Part shown: piece after piece, positions 11,601 through 21,978 of the stretch
Layout: every line of letters starts with the position of its first letter
Numbering within the stretch: the stretch's first letter is position 1
IMG/VR virus record: IMGVR_UViG_3300032092_000001
Strand: one strand, 5' to 3'
DNA: 64,000 nucleotides
From: a virus
Taxonomy: Duplodnaviria; Caudoviricetes
Made by a program: the position numbers and the translations under genes
Notes under the pieces: model-generated
Database searches by the model: none
The model's input: the letters and a program-made list of their open reading frames with translations, nothing else
What the model was told of the DNA's origin: nothing

Positions 11601-14600
11601 GTCGCATTTAATTGATTAGTTTGTATCCTTTGTAATGTAAATGTGTATGCACTACCATAGTAAACACCATCAATTTCATATTGTTTTGTTGGGTCGGAGT
11701 TAATTGGGTCGTAATTAAGGTTAGCATTGAAATCAGTAAAAACTGATGACATATAGTCGGTCTTATTATTTTCAATCCAATATTTGTATCGGCTCCAAAT
11801 TGAACCAATTTTAATTATCCATAATTTAGGTAAAGTATGAACCGCCCCAAATTTTCTAAATGTGGACGCGATGTAATCTAAATCAATACCTGTGGTACCA
11901 TCATCATTTCTATATTTCTCTCTTAATGTTGATAATGGTAAACTATTAATGAATAGATATGATGCCTTTTTATAAGCGTAACTTAACTCTTGTCTTTCAT
12001 TTTCAACCCCTTCTTGTAATGCATTTATGAAATATGGAGTATTGAGAATTGACGTAGTTTGTTTTGATTTGAATAAACTTCTAAGATTAGTTACTTGTCC
12101 TTCAGTAAAAACTTCATAAGTTTTTCTATTATCATAAAAAGTTTCTAAATTTGTTACATTAGTAATATCAATTAAATTCCTAAATGATTTAAAGTTGGTA
12201 AATGGTCGGTTTGATTTTTTATCACCGAATGAACCAACAACTGTAGGGTTAACATAGTTGGCAATTTTTTTAATATTTTTGTTATAAGCCAATGATTTAT
12301 TGGTGTTAAACACTTTGTCGGCGTCAAAATTTTCTTTACCATTTGACAAATTAACTTTGTTCCAATCAGGAATTACAAAAGGATAGGTTACTGTTGGAAG
12401 TATCAAATTATTTTTCTTTGACTCAATATATTTTTGAATTACTGACTCTTCAGGTATCTCTGTTGAGACAATAGGTAAGTCTTTATCATAAATGTCAAAA
12501 GTATTATTTATCTCGGACGCCAAATATTCTGTCACAATATTACCATAAATGTAATTTAAATATTTTGGATTTGACTCCCCAAATTTAGATTTAAGTAGGT
12601 CTTCTAAAATTGTAATCGTGTTTATTTGATTATTTTTAAAGAAATTAGGTATCTCAATAGAATTGGAAATAACTCCCTCTAAAAAGTTTTTAGCTTCGGA
12701 TGCGGATAAATAATTTAAAAGATTTTCATCGTTAGTATCAATAAAATTATTATATTGACTAATCAATCTTAATCTTTCAGCATACTCCATTATAAAGTTA
12801 GTCAATATAACATTACTATATGGATTATTATTTGAAGGGGTTTCAAATCCGCTTATTAATATTCGGGTAACTAAATCTAAATTGGTTTTTTTCTGTAGGA
12901 TAACCGGTGGAAAACTTCTCTGTATAAATCCTTTAACAAACTCCTCAACAAACTCAATTTCAGGCCAAACTTTATAATTATTACCATTAGATTGTTTAAT
13001 GTATTTAGGGTCACCAGGGTATTGTTGCTCAACTTTTTTATTACCTTTCTTATCAACATATTCAACCGCAAACTGAGGCCATGGGTAAACTGGGAAACTT
13101 TGTCCTTTAATATCTAATGGAACTCCTTGTTTTTTTTGTGAATTATCTCTTTCTTTAAATGCATTTTCATGTACCTCATTCATTAATCTCAAAAACCCTT
13201 CACAAGAGGCCATAATTACCGCAATAATATTACGGATTGTCGGACTGAATCCAATACCATTTGAGGACTTTAATATATCAGTCAATTTTTCAGAAACATC
13301 ATCTTGGATTTCTTCTTCTCTCTCGGATAATTTTGTTTCAAGATTTGATATCTTTTCATTAAATTCCTTAGGGCCTTCCCAAGAAAAAAATAAAGGAGGA
13401 GTGGGTGTTGATTGATTTGATGTTTGCGAACCTACAACATTGTTAGCAATACCATTTAAAGTTACTTTCGGTATATTATCTTCTTCCTCATTACCACTTG
13501 GGAACAAATTTTTAATCTCATTGATAATTGTTTCTAATTGGTCCTGAGTAGGTTTGACCCCCCCATTTCGTTTTTCAAAAGTCAATTGAGCATAATCAAT
13601 GAAGGTTTGAGGATTAACATCCAGTTTGGAAATACTTAAAACATTCACATCGTTAATAATTGCGTATTTACCAATACTAAAAGTCTTTATCTCAGATAAT
13701 TTTAAAGAATACTTTGTAAAAATTGCAACTAACTCCGCATAGGCAGTAATCTTTTCTTCATCTTTGACAGTATTTTTAAATGTGTAAACGGGTATTTCTT
13801 CATTGTATTGAGCTCCGTTTGCAGATTCAATAACATAATAATAAGGATTAGTTAAATCCAAATATTTGTTAACCCAAGACTGAGGGGTCACCGCAGTTAA
13901 AACATCTTTTCTAAAGCTGTCAATAACATCCTTATAAGTAGGAATGTCATTTAATATACTCATTGAAATTGAACCAAAGCTTTTTAACTTGGTTGCAACA
14001 AAATTATCTAAAGTGGTTATTAATTGGTTAATTGTTAATTCTGGAAAATCAGAGCTTATCAACCCTTTAGACTTATACTCTTTATATACCTGAACTATTT
14101 TCTCATATCCTTTTTGACTGAATTTACTAGTTGTTGTCTTAAATGGGTTTGGTAAATTTGTAGTTTGCCCTCCTGAGTTTTCTGTAGTTCTTTCAACATA
14201 CATTTGAGGCAACGCCAATATTTCTCCCATGTTAATATCATTAAGTACCCCGAATTGGAACCCTGTAAAATTTAAAGTGATTTCAAAATTGCTTGTACTT
14301 GAATTAAAACTACTTGCAAATTTTGTTAGTAACAAAGGGTATCTAACTGCCTTTCCATAATAACCTTTAAGAGTTAGGTAAAACGTTGGGTAGGGTAGAT
14401 TAAAAAATACTGAGTAAATACTTTCGTTACCCGCCTCAAATAAGGCTCTTCCCTTACTATCCTCTAAACTGACAGTAACTACAGGGACTTGTGAATTACT
14501 TACCTTAAAATTAATTGCAGTTATACCTAATAATTCTCCATTTACAACATTAATATCATTAACATCCAATTGTGATTTAGTCCAATTTGTAGTTAAATAA

Positions 14601-14845
14601 TCTTGATTATTTGGTTTTAAAAAATTAATTGATGAAGAACCTATTTGTCTAATATTTGTAGAGTCCGAACCACTAATTAATCTACTTCTTGGTTGTAGGT
14701 CACACTCTAAGTTAGCATACATTATTAACTCTTCGTGAGCAACATTCCTATCTTCAACCTTACCATCAACACCAAAAACTTTATTAGGATTAATGATAAA
14801 AATATTATTGTAATCTGATTCAATATATATGTTTTTATCTGCCAT
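8642..14845 (-). CDS. Very large virion protein, probable baseplate hub (gp27/late-control-D-like N- and C-terminal domains)
   Basis: 2067 aa; N-terminal LLGITAINFKV...VTVSLEDSKGRALF and C-terminal CMGNAMIQPTMFFALRGVP-FAGTYQIQEVSHVV...FKTTFSG are hub-like; downstream of gp53-like gene. Confidence 0.65.
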   Translation of the reverse strand: MADKNIYIESDYNNIFIINPNKVFGVDGKVEDRNVAHEELIMYANLECDLQPRSRLISGSDSTNIRQIGSSSINFLKPNNQDYLTTNWTKSQLDVNDINVVNGELLGITAINFKVSNSQVPVVTVSLEDSKGRALFEAGNESIYSVFFNLPYPTFYLTLKGYYGKAVRYPLLLTKFASSFNSSTSNFEITLNFTGFQFGVLNDINMGEILALPQMYVERTTENSGGQTTNLPNPFKTTTSKFSQKGYEKIVQVYKEYKSKGLISSDFPELTINQLITTLDNFVATKLKSFGSISMSILNDIPTYKDVIDSFRKDVLTAVTPQSWVNKYLDLTNPYYYVIESANGAQYNEEIPVYTFKNTVKDEEKITAYAELVAIFTKYSLKLSEIKTFSIGKYAIINDVNVLSISKLDVNPQTFIDYAQLTFEKRNGGVKPTQDQLETIINEIKNLFPSGNEEEDNIPKVTLNGIANNVVGSQTSNQSTPTPPLFFSWEGPKEFNEKISNLETKLSEREEEIQDDVSEKLTDILKSSNGIGFSPTIRNIIAVIMASCEGFLRLMNEVHENAFKERDNSQKKQGVPLDIKGQSFPVYPWPQFAVEYVDKKGNKKVEQQYPGDPKYIKQSNGNNYKVWPEIEFVEEFVKGFIQRSFPPVILQKKTNLDLVTRILISGFETPSNNNPYSNVILTNFIMEYAERLRLISQYNNFIDTNDENLLNYLSASEAKNFLEGVISNSIEIPNFFKNNQINTITILEDLLKSKFGESNPKYLNYIYGNIVTEYLASEINNTFDIYDKDLPIVSTEIPEESVIQKYIESKKNNLILPTVTYPFVIPDWNKVNLSNGKENFDADKVFNTNKSLAYNKNIKKIANYVNPTVVGSFGDKKSNRPFTNFKSFRNLIDITNVTNLETFYDNRKTYEVFTEGQVTNLRSLFKSKQTTSILNTPYFINALQEGVENERQELSYAYKKASYLFINSLPLSTLREKYRNDDGTTGIDLDYIASTFRKFGAVHTLPKLWIIKIGSIWSRYKYWIENNKTDYMSSVFTDFNANLNYDPINSDPTKQYEIDGVYYGSAYTFTLQRIQTNQLNATTAVTQNVGFYPKLINDFNYFINGSNIYQDNSTIEDNINTKVSFGKLIFKNTNSSNLVANDSVNEGIVDFKGWSILIENEIKSTPLKKYYTPVPSYGTVVSQIVNESLIPGTPSTVRSQFDFVNNPAIFNGSVRLLWGAPNYGYFDTKSYKINQPNEYLKKVKDDEVYQNPFDLLASGGTDSYSSIEEIFTVFTKEELDIFEGYFNVFSQSSKKTTDEITFQKIMINALSVDLNFNADTLTDSGKQIAQIQTDQLKNFVNTISSNINYDLIIKKGNTENFSYKDFSIFSNTPLKYSNDNIETYINNSVPTSANTITLETSQENENKAWEALELYVGFSNINGFKYSDSGSYITDFFPDFNIGFTEENIKRFSGIIKIYATQKYKGETPTSFRTIISNNLESKDILANNLIQKIDLKLKKELPSYSEGGNYKSKRDVTEGMQSKFEYYDMFKALNDKWVAGNDYNDKLLFEDFLFLDRANRDVGNDIYVDVFGIKDYLKNASPEANLYTIIESIARNANFVPFMMPSYINFYNIQRVGTTPRPYNPDEFANSLFGTYTTVDYQDSRTKYLFQYSDEPSTHLDVQDTNYGYNDDGIYLDRPGNNTLLVDDGKKTETEKALSNKVCGFAIDFGLQNQSVFEGIQVGQDIGQPTSESLKAEYDMANLANGTSTTTQSVSLYNLYKQRSYSSTISCMGNAMIQPTMFFALRGVPLFAGTYQIQEVSHVVTPDSFKTTFSGVRVKTTTFPTIDNVLQSINKQIISNIKSQTSQEQSLQTLPNTNTITNNASTAVNVAGNKPVSSIQTCKPTPTAYSKFPLINPNETVSTKEEIISGMTQLNISKLKQEIIYNLFAIGSWNGNSFKGIWFNYAEVSLDVPTKFGGNLKDYLFNGYLCVVNKKNEQVPIAIFKNLEDSIKFSDSKYVNSFLQVIGDNFGDAQSLANKFVEAYIKYFPYDKFVKDSDVYDKFLATYPDDVEYLRSIVRKNYNLFH

Positions 14846-15158
14846 AATAATAGTAGTGGGTATCCAACGCTGAATTATAATCTAATAATGAACTGTTTAA
14901 AGGAAATGGTATATTTAACACCGAATTATTTGGTATTGACAATTCCGAACCGCCGTATTGAGGATTCGCTTGTAAAATTAACCATCCAAAAAATGGTGTT
15001 TCGTAATAAAACTGAGATATTTTATCTAATCTAGAAACCCCTAATTTATAGATATACTTTTTATCCGTTGATTTGACAGGTAATTTAACATATGGGATAT
15101 ATGTTTGAATGTCTCCAGTAATCAATTTTTGATATCTATTCAAATATTCATTTGCCAT
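14835..15158 (-). CDS. Baseplate wedge protein, T4 gp53/LysM-like
   Basis: YKLGVSRLDKISQFYY...GWLILQANP...LNIP LysM-like signature; typical position in tail module. Confidence 0.8.
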   Translation of the reverse strand: MANEYLNRYQKLITGDIQTYIPYVKLPVKSTDKKYIYKLGVSRLDKISQFYYETPFFGWLILQANPQYGGSELSIPNNSVLNIPFPLNSSLLDYNSALDTHYYYYGR

Positions 15159-15160
15159 TA

Positions 15161-18100
15161 TTATAAAAATTTCTTTTTGTCATTAAATTTATCATCACTT
15201 CCAGTATTCTCACTTGAGTATATTTTTTTAATTCTGTTTTTCTGCTCGTCGGTACCGTTTGATGTTGTAAAATTAACGGTCCTTTCTTTACCTTTAATTG
15301 ATTTCCCATCATTGTCTAATGGGTTATAATTCAGATATATATCATAACCAGGTCCAGATAAAATAGAATTAATCTTTTCCATTTCTTTTGTTTTTTCTTC
15401 TTGGAAAGCGTCTACAAGTTGCTTAATTACAGTATCAATACCATCTATTGATTGTTGGGTATTAATGTTTTTTATCAAGTCATCTCTAAATTTCTGTTTC
15501 TTTCCCTCATCCAATAAATCAGACGCAAATAAAGTGTAAATCAAATTAACATTATTGTTTGATTGTAACACATTACTATTAACAAATGGGGTAAAATAAA
15601 ATCCTGCAGAATCTTCAATATATTTATTATCACCTGAAGGATATAAATCATTGTCTGACAACAAAGTAGAAAAGTTATTTAAATTATCTGAAATCACCCC
15701 ATAATCACTTGTCATAGCTGTCAATGTTGTAGTACCTGATAAATCATATATCTTTGGGCTATTATTATTTAATATTTTACCATCAGTAGAACTTAATATA
15801 AAATCCATTTTTCTGAAGAACTGTATGTAATTCGCTTGTTTATTTGCAAAATCATTCATACTTGACGATAAGTCAGAAAATCCTCCCTTTGATTTGTTCT
15901 GAATTAAAGTATTAAAATTGGTAGTTAGTGCCAATCTATCTGAAATTGGTGAATTTATTTTTGTTAACTCCTCGTGAAATACGTCGTTACCCGCAGTTAC
16001 TATCCCCTGTAATAACAGAGAAAGAGCTCCGATATTACCCTCATAACTAGTTTTACCATATATTTTAGTAGGATATTTTGACACATTAAAATCATTCAAA
16101 TCACCTTCAAAATATTTTCTATATGTTGAGAATTGTTTAAATAACCCATATCCATACTGATTAACAGTTGATGTTATAAATTTATTTGTTTCGTCAAAAT
16201 ATTCTTTGGTTTGATTAACGACTTCATCAACAAATGTGGTGTAACTAATAGTCCCTGTCTGAGTACCTCCTGTATTAGGAGTTATAGTCAGTATTTTACC
16301 AATAGTGTCCCCTCCATCATTTTCAATAATGTTTGACACGTCATTAATTGTCGCAATTGGTTCGTTATTAAAAATTGCACTAACTAATTCATTATCAATT
16401 GCAGTAGTATCTTCAGTAACATCCGCTCTATCGTCATACATTTCAGTATTAGCATAGAAATTAAATGACAATGCGTTTTGTAATTTTTCAACCGGCTCTT
16501 TTAACCCATGACCCCCAATCATTTTAAAATTAATCTGAACTGACGCAATCATTGGTTGTACTCCAATTCCCTCAGGATTGATATCCAAATTTTCATAAGT
16601 AAATGTTACCCCATCAGGAATAATCTTAGTATTATAAAAATCACCAATTCTTAATATTAAAACCGGAGGTGTACCAAAATTAGTATTAAACGAATCATTC
16701 GCGATTAAATCATTACCTCTTTCAGTTGGTATTGTTCTTCCAGGTCTAACACATTGGTTTAAAAATGTAATCCTTGAGTTTAACCCTTCGGGAGTAATTG
16801 AGTGGAATGCAGGATGAAAATATTTTATTTTTTGTTTTATTGAGTCGTATAAAAATGGGGTATCCTGTTTTATCATTTCAAAGTAGTCCGACTCAACTAA
16901 TAATTCTCTTAATATTTTTTTACTAATATTTTTAGTTTTGTCTATTATATCAGTGTTTGGTTGTGTTGGTAACCCATTGTTTACATTTTGATTAGCTCTA
17001 TTCTGATTATTTTGATTTTCACCTTGAGCGGTTGGTTGACTTGGGGTCACTGTGATATTTTTAATTAGTGCCGAACTACATGCAAAGGAATCAATTGAAC
17101 TTGGGTCATATTGATTATTAGGACAATTATATGTTCCTCCGTTTCCTGACGAATTTTTTGGTATTATTGTAGTTGATGGTGAAGTCAATACATTAATTTT
17201 AATGTCTCCATTTTCAAATGACTTTTCACCAATTTCAGTAATGTCAGTAAAATATTTTGTAACTGATAACTCAATGTCACTCGCATTTATTGATGAAAGA
17301 CCAGGTTCAAGCTCAATACTAATTTTACCTTTTTTATCAGTAATAATTGAAGTAATTTGTTGTCTAATATCTTCAATGGTTACATTATTATATTCCACTA
17401 TTTGTGAACCGAATGTATCAAAATTATCTCCTTTAGTTGTTAGTAAAGTACTTAAAGCAAGACTAACCTCGGAAAAATTTTGTGAGTTATCAAACGGGGG
17501 TTCAGGATTAAAGAAAAATCTTATTCCGGCCCATCCATCAACCTGAATATTTTCAGAGTTATTAATTTCAGAAGGTCCACTTAATCCGTTGGCAACTCCT
17601 TGTATATCTTCTCTTGTCGCATTTGGATTTTCTAATATTGACTGATATGCCTGTTCTATTGTAGGTAGACTTAAAGAATTGAATTTTTTAGCAATTTCAT
17701 ATATGTCATATTTTTTTAATCCAGCAAAAAATGAATTAATTACTTGTTGGGTTGTGTAGTTATCCTCTTTATTTAATTCTTTATTAACAATTAAATTTAA
17801 TACTGATGGGTGGTCCACAATAACTTTAAATCCAATACTACCAGTTCTAGTTGTATTTTGATAAGTGTAAATTGGTTCGGGTCTACCCAAAAAATTGGTT
17901 GGGTTCCATCCGGCAGCAGATGAATCTGAAAAAGTTAAGTCGTATGGGGGGAACCACATGATTCTACCACCATTAGGACCTTTTTCACAAGCAGGTAAAT
18001 CGTCATATTCAGGAGAACCTTTCCACGCCAAGTTCTCAATTGACACCATGTATTTTTTTACCTTACCGTCTTTAACACTAGTTCCTCCATTTTTAAATGG

Positions 18101-19801
18101 AGTAATATTCAAGTTGTACGTACTATCAAGGACTGAATATGAAAATCTTCTAATATTACCATTAGTTTCACTTCCTGAAGTATTTGCAATCGTACCTTGT
18201 AGGTTTGAATAGGTAAAATATGGATTGTCTTTCGCAAACACTCTACCGTATTCTTTTCCAACTTCCTTACCTTTTTCATTAACATAAGTTCTAACTTTAG
18301 AACCTTTAGTTATTTCTTTATATCCATCCCAAAATACTTTAGAAACCTGATTAATAGCGTTACCAACGTGAGCCAATCTATCAACACCTCTATTTGGGGT
18401 TGCATCAATTAATCTCTGAGTAGCATCTAATATTGAGCCAGGTCTGAATTCGTAATCAGTTGATAATACTTGGTCGTAAGCTGACCTAAGTGAGTTTGAA
18501 GCATCGTTCTTACCAAACTTTTCACCACCAGGTCCGACCTTCTTAAACTCATCACTTTTCTTTCCTTTTTGAACCCAAACAAATCCTCCGTCAAAAACAG
18601 GACGTTCATCGTATGTTTTGGAAGCCATTCCAAATTGATACTGAACGTTCCCATCAAATAATGTCGCTAACTTATCGGGTCCATAAACTGTTGTAGTTGT
18701 AACTAAACCTTCCGCAGTTTTTGGTACATCATCAGCAGGTGAAGCAACTAACGCTCCTGCCAAATTCTCATTACCAACATAATAATTTAATTTACCACTA
18801 TAACCTGGTTTATATTTGTTATAATCTAAATTTGCAAATAAAGTGGATTTTTGTCCGCTACCTGTATTTGCTATAAATTTTTGTGAAGGAGAATTATTAT
18901 TAGATAAATTTCTTATTCCTTTTTGTAATAACTGTCCCGCTTTTGTTGACCTTCTTTGTGGTGTTTCAAAATACTCACCCTCAATAGGTGACTGTGGATA
19001 ATACGTTCCAGTAACTCTTTGAGTTAACGCAACTAAATTATCTAATAAACCGTCAGGTACGGTAATAGTCCAATTCTTATCTGTCAATGGAACTTGTCCT
19101 GTGACAAATAATGATAAATCAGGCTGATTTAATATGTTAACTCTACCTAATGTGTTTTTTCTAATTTCCTCAAAAACTCTCTCCTCAAAAGAAAATTTCA
19201 ATCTGTCCGCTCCGATTCTTTGGATATATGAATCATTACTGGTTGCTTCATTGTTAGATATTATATCTAAAATACTATAAGTACCTTGTACGAACTCAGG
19301 ATAAACACCATTAAATTTTACGTCTTTTTGAACGATGGTGTCAGTTACAATATACATATCTTCGTAACCTTCATTAGGTACGAAACGATTTATAACCTCA
19401 GAATTATCAATAAAAAATTCACTAACTAAATCCAGTTTGCTGTCCGAATAGTTATACTCAACTCTTGGTGGAAATGCCGGTGTTATTGATTCATTATCAG
19501 TAACGACATTAACAGGGTTTGCAAGTGTAACGTCTTGGATTAACTCAGCTCCGTCAATAAAATTACCATCATCCGCACCATATTTGTTAGGGATTGTTTT
19601 ATTTTTAGCAGGAAAAGTAATGTTAGTACTGATATTCTCACTATCACGTACTGTACCATCAACAGTTAATTCTGTTTCATAATTTATAGGTTCTTGGGCC
19701 GGTGTAAAATTACCTGAAACATTATAAGGTTTCAAATTTTTGACTAAAATAGAATTTCTAAATTGCTCGGAACCAATTAAACTAAGTTTGTTTTCGGACA
19801 T
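15161..19801 (-). CDS. Large baseplate/tail-tube initiator protein (gp48/gp54-like halves split by an insertion)
   Basis: WFPPYDLTFSDSSAAGWNPTNFLGRPEPIYTYQNTTRTGSIGF and PPVLILRIGDFYNTKII...TFTYE...QPMIASVQINFKMIG resemble tube-initiator segments; lies between tape measure and gp53-like gene. Confidence 0.7.
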   Translation of the reverse strand: MSENKLSLIGSEQFRNSILVKNLKPYNVSGNFTPAQEPINYETELTVDGTVRDSENISTNITFPAKNKTIPNKYGADDGNFIDGAELIQDVTLANPVNVVTDNESITPAFPPRVEYNYSDSKLDLVSEFFIDNSEVINRFVPNEGYEDMYIVTDTIVQKDVKFNGVYPEFVQGTYSILDIISNNEATSNDSYIQRIGADRLKFSFEERVFEEIRKNTLGRVNILNQPDLSLFVTGQVPLTDKNWTITVPDGLLDNLVALTQRVTGTYYPQSPIEGEYFETPQRRSTKAGQLLQKGIRNLSNNNSPSQKFIANTGSGQKSTLFANLDYNKYKPGYSGKLNYYVGNENLAGALVASPADDVPKTAEGLVTTTTVYGPDKLATLFDGNVQYQFGMASKTYDERPVFDGGFVWVQKGKKSDEFKKVGPGGEKFGKNDASNSLRSAYDQVLSTDYEFRPGSILDATQRLIDATPNRGVDRLAHVGNAINQVSKVFWDGYKEITKGSKVRTYVNEKGKEVGKEYGRVFAKDNPYFTYSNLQGTIANTSGSETNGNIRRFSYSVLDSTYNLNITPFKNGGTSVKDGKVKKYMVSIENLAWKGSPEYDDLPACEKGPNGGRIMWFPPYDLTFSDSSAAGWNPTNFLGRPEPIYTYQNTTRTGSIGFKVIVDHPSVLNLIVNKELNKEDNYTTQQVINSFFAGLKKYDIYEIAKKFNSLSLPTIEQAYQSILENPNATREDIQGVANGLSGPSEINNSENIQVDGWAGIRFFFNPEPPFDNSQNFSEVSLALSTLLTTKGDNFDTFGSQIVEYNNVTIEDIRQQITSIITDKKGKISIELEPGLSSINASDIELSVTKYFTDITEIGEKSFENGDIKINVLTSPSTTIIPKNSSGNGGTYNCPNNQYDPSSIDSFACSSALIKNITVTPSQPTAQGENQNNQNRANQNVNNGLPTQPNTDIIDKTKNISKKILRELLVESDYFEMIKQDTPFLYDSIKQKIKYFHPAFHSITPEGLNSRITFLNQCVRPGRTIPTERGNDLIANDSFNTNFGTPPVLILRIGDFYNTKIIPDGVTFTYENLDINPEGIGVQPMIASVQINFKMIGGHGLKEPVEKLQNALSFNFYANTEMYDDRADVTEDTTAIDNELVSAIFNNEPIATINDVSNIIENDGGDTIGKILTITPNTGGTQTGTISYTTFVDEVVNQTKEYFDETNKFITSTVNQYGYGLFKQFSTYRKYFEGDLNDFNVSKYPTKIYGKTSYEGNIGALSLLLQGIVTAGNDVFHEELTKINSPISDRLALTTNFNTLIQNKSKGGFSDLSSSMNDFANKQANYIQFFRKMDFILSSTDGKILNNNSPKIYDLSGTTTLTAMTSDYGVISDNLNNFSTLLSDNDLYPSGDNKYIEDSAGFYFTPFVNSNVLQSNNNVNLIYTLFASDLLDEGKKQKFRDDLIKNINTQQSIDGIDTVIKQLVDAFQEEKTKEMEKINSILSGPGYDIYLNYNPLDNDGKSIKGKERTVNFTTSNGTDEQKNRIKKIYSSENTGSDDKFNDKKKFL

Positions 19802-19856
19802 TACGTTAATTTCTATATAAATAGAATAAAATGTAATTTTTTAAAATTAAGGAAGG

Positions 19857-21818
19857 TTACTTCTTATCATTAGATGTAAAGTTCAAGGCTTTCTTAAACT
19901 CATCTTGGAGGTCGGGTCTACTTTTAAGTGCCGCAGCAACTCTCTCTCCAATAATATTTGCTTCACTTATTGTAATATTTTTACTTGTAGATGAATCAAC
20001 AACAACTTTTAGAGTAATCTCACCACCAACAGTTGATTCGGTTTTATTAGTTAAGGTAGTGTTATTATTCTGAATGATATTTTTATTTTCAGGTTCAGTA
20101 ATAACTGGTTTATTAACCTTTTGATTAACTAAGTTAGTTCCTCCAATTATTAAATCGTCTTGTTTGAATTTTTGAATTTTACCACCAGGTCTCCAAATAA
20201 AGTCCTCAGCCTCCCCAGCATTACCAAAAAAATCAGTAATAGTTTGTTTAAGAGTTTCAGGTAGATTTTTCATTAATGTCTCCATTAATGGTGTTGCAAT
20301 TTGTGCTCCAATAACTTTACCAAATTCTCCAGGTAAATTTTTAAACTCCTCAGCGGCCTTTTTAAATTCCCCATCACTCATTAATTCAGAAATTTTAATC
20401 AAAGAATCCGTAACAGGGGTAATTGTTTTTGACAAATTATCAAATTTATTTGCCGACAAAAATGACTCTAATTGTTTTTGATTAATTTCAAATGATTTTT
20501 GTAGTAAATCCTCACCTCCTTTACCACCAGCAACCGCCAACTGAGGCGCCATTTGTAATGCAGATAATTTAGCAATCATAGTGTCAGCTCTACCTAATTG
20601 TTCTTTAGCCAAATCAACCATCTGTTTTTGGGGGTCATCACTTACCGTTTCAGTTTGTTTTTGTAAATATTCCTTTAAACTTACTTCCTGCTCATCAGTT
20701 AAATTTTTTAATTCTTCTAATGTTTTTGTTATAGTCGTACCATCCTTATCTTTAAATTCAATTTGATATTTACCACCTTTTAAATTTGCCAAATTAGTAA
20801 TTTGTTCTTGTTGTTCTTTATTAAAATCAAGCCCATCAAAACTAATTTCAGACATTTTCTTTTTTAGTTTTGCACCTTCAATACCCATCTTAGTTAGAGT
20901 CTCAACACTAACCCCTAAACTATCACTTACCGCTTTCAATTCTCTTCTTGCGCCTGGCATAATTTGAAATGACTTAGTTTCTTCGTTAAAGAAAGTATAT
21001 TTTTCAACAAGTTTTCCAAGTTGATTTTGTAATTCGGGTACATTATTTTGAGCCAAATCCATTAATCTTAATGGACTAGCCAATTGACTTGTTGCGCCAC
21101 CTAATCTTTGTAATGCGGATGCAACTTCAATTGCATTTTCAGGACTTAATAACTTATCCGCCAAACTAAATGTTTCAGACATGTCAATTCTAAACATTGC
21201 TGCTTTAGCAGCCATTTTAGCCAATCCATCAACACCATCTTTAAAAGTAAATTTATTTAATTTATCTAAGTTTGACAATACCATTGAAGATACCGCCTGA
21301 GAACTAATCCCCATAGAATTTGCGGTTTTTTGGACTCGTAACATATTTTCAGCAATGTTATCAGCCTCATATCCCGCATCTAAGAAACCTGTTACTAATG
21401 CATCTGCAGCTTGTCCCGTAACTTTAGAAGTCGCATATAGTGATTTTGCAATATCCGCATTTAATAACGCGGCTCTATTTGTAACATTTAAATAATCTTC
21501 CTGTATTTTAACCGCATCTTCAAATTTACCTCCCATCAAAATTATTTCCTCAGTAGTCTTTGCAAAGTTTTCTTTCATCAAAGAAGACATTTGTTCTCCA
21601 ACACCCATCTTTTGTGCTAATTTTGCAAAAGTTTGGTCCATCTCTATGACAAATTTTAAAGAGTCATTTAGTCCTGAAGCTAATGCGGATGCACCAGCTG
21701 TTGGAATCATACTTTTTAAAATTTTATCTAAATCGGTCAGACCTTCCTGTGTAGGGTCAAGAGTTTTTATCACATCTTTACCCACACCTAATACTTTTTT
21801 AATTCCTTCTCCAGCCAT
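19857..21818 (-). CDS. Tape measure protein
   Basis: 653 aa, Ala/Leu/Lys-rich helical character; directly after the tail chaperone pair. Confidence 0.75.
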   Translation of the reverse strand: MAGEGIKKVLGVGKDVIKTLDPTQEGLTDLDKILKSMIPTAGASALASGLNDSLKFVIEMDQTFAKLAQKMGVGEQMSSLMKENFAKTTEEIILMGGKFEDAVKIQEDYLNVTNRAALLNADIAKSLYATSKVTGQAADALVTGFLDAGYEADNIAENMLRVQKTANSMGISSQAVSSMVLSNLDKLNKFTFKDGVDGLAKMAAKAAMFRIDMSETFSLADKLLSPENAIEVASALQRLGGATSQLASPLRLMDLAQNNVPELQNQLGKLVEKYTFFNEETKSFQIMPGARRELKAVSDSLGVSVETLTKMGIEGAKLKKKMSEISFDGLDFNKEQQEQITNLANLKGGKYQIEFKDKDGTTITKTLEELKNLTDEQEVSLKEYLQKQTETVSDDPQKQMVDLAKEQLGRADTMIAKLSALQMAPQLAVAGGKGGEDLLQKSFEINQKQLESFLSANKFDNLSKTITPVTDSLIKISELMSDGEFKKAAEEFKNLPGEFGKVIGAQIATPLMETLMKNLPETLKQTITDFFGNAGEAEDFIWRPGGKIQKFKQDDLIIGGTNLVNQKVNKPVITEPENKNIIQNNNTTLTNKTESTVGGEITLKVVVDSSTSKNITISEANIIGERVAAALKSRPDLQDEFKKALNFTSNDKK

Positions 21819-21836
21819 AACTATAAATAACTAAAA

Positions 21837-21962
21837 TTACGTTTTTGGAGTGTTAAATTCTACAATTTTATTTAAAAGGTATTTTCTTTGGAACGTTGGT
21901 ATTACCATAAAATCACTATATGATGTCCCTAAAAAATGGGCCATAGTATAGTAATCATCCAT
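21837..21962 (-). CDS. Small tail-assembly ORF (T4 gp51-like / lambda gpT-equivalent), missed by ORF track
   Basis: MDDYYTMAHFLGTSYSDFMVIPTFQRKYLLNKIVEFNTPKT*; fills the gap between chaperone and tape measure; its frame is open upstream across the chaperone stop. Confidence 0.75.
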   Translation of the reverse strand: MDDYYTMAHFLGTSYSDFMVIPTFQRKYLLNKIVEFNTPKT

Positions 21963-21978
21963 TAAAATTGTTGCGTGA

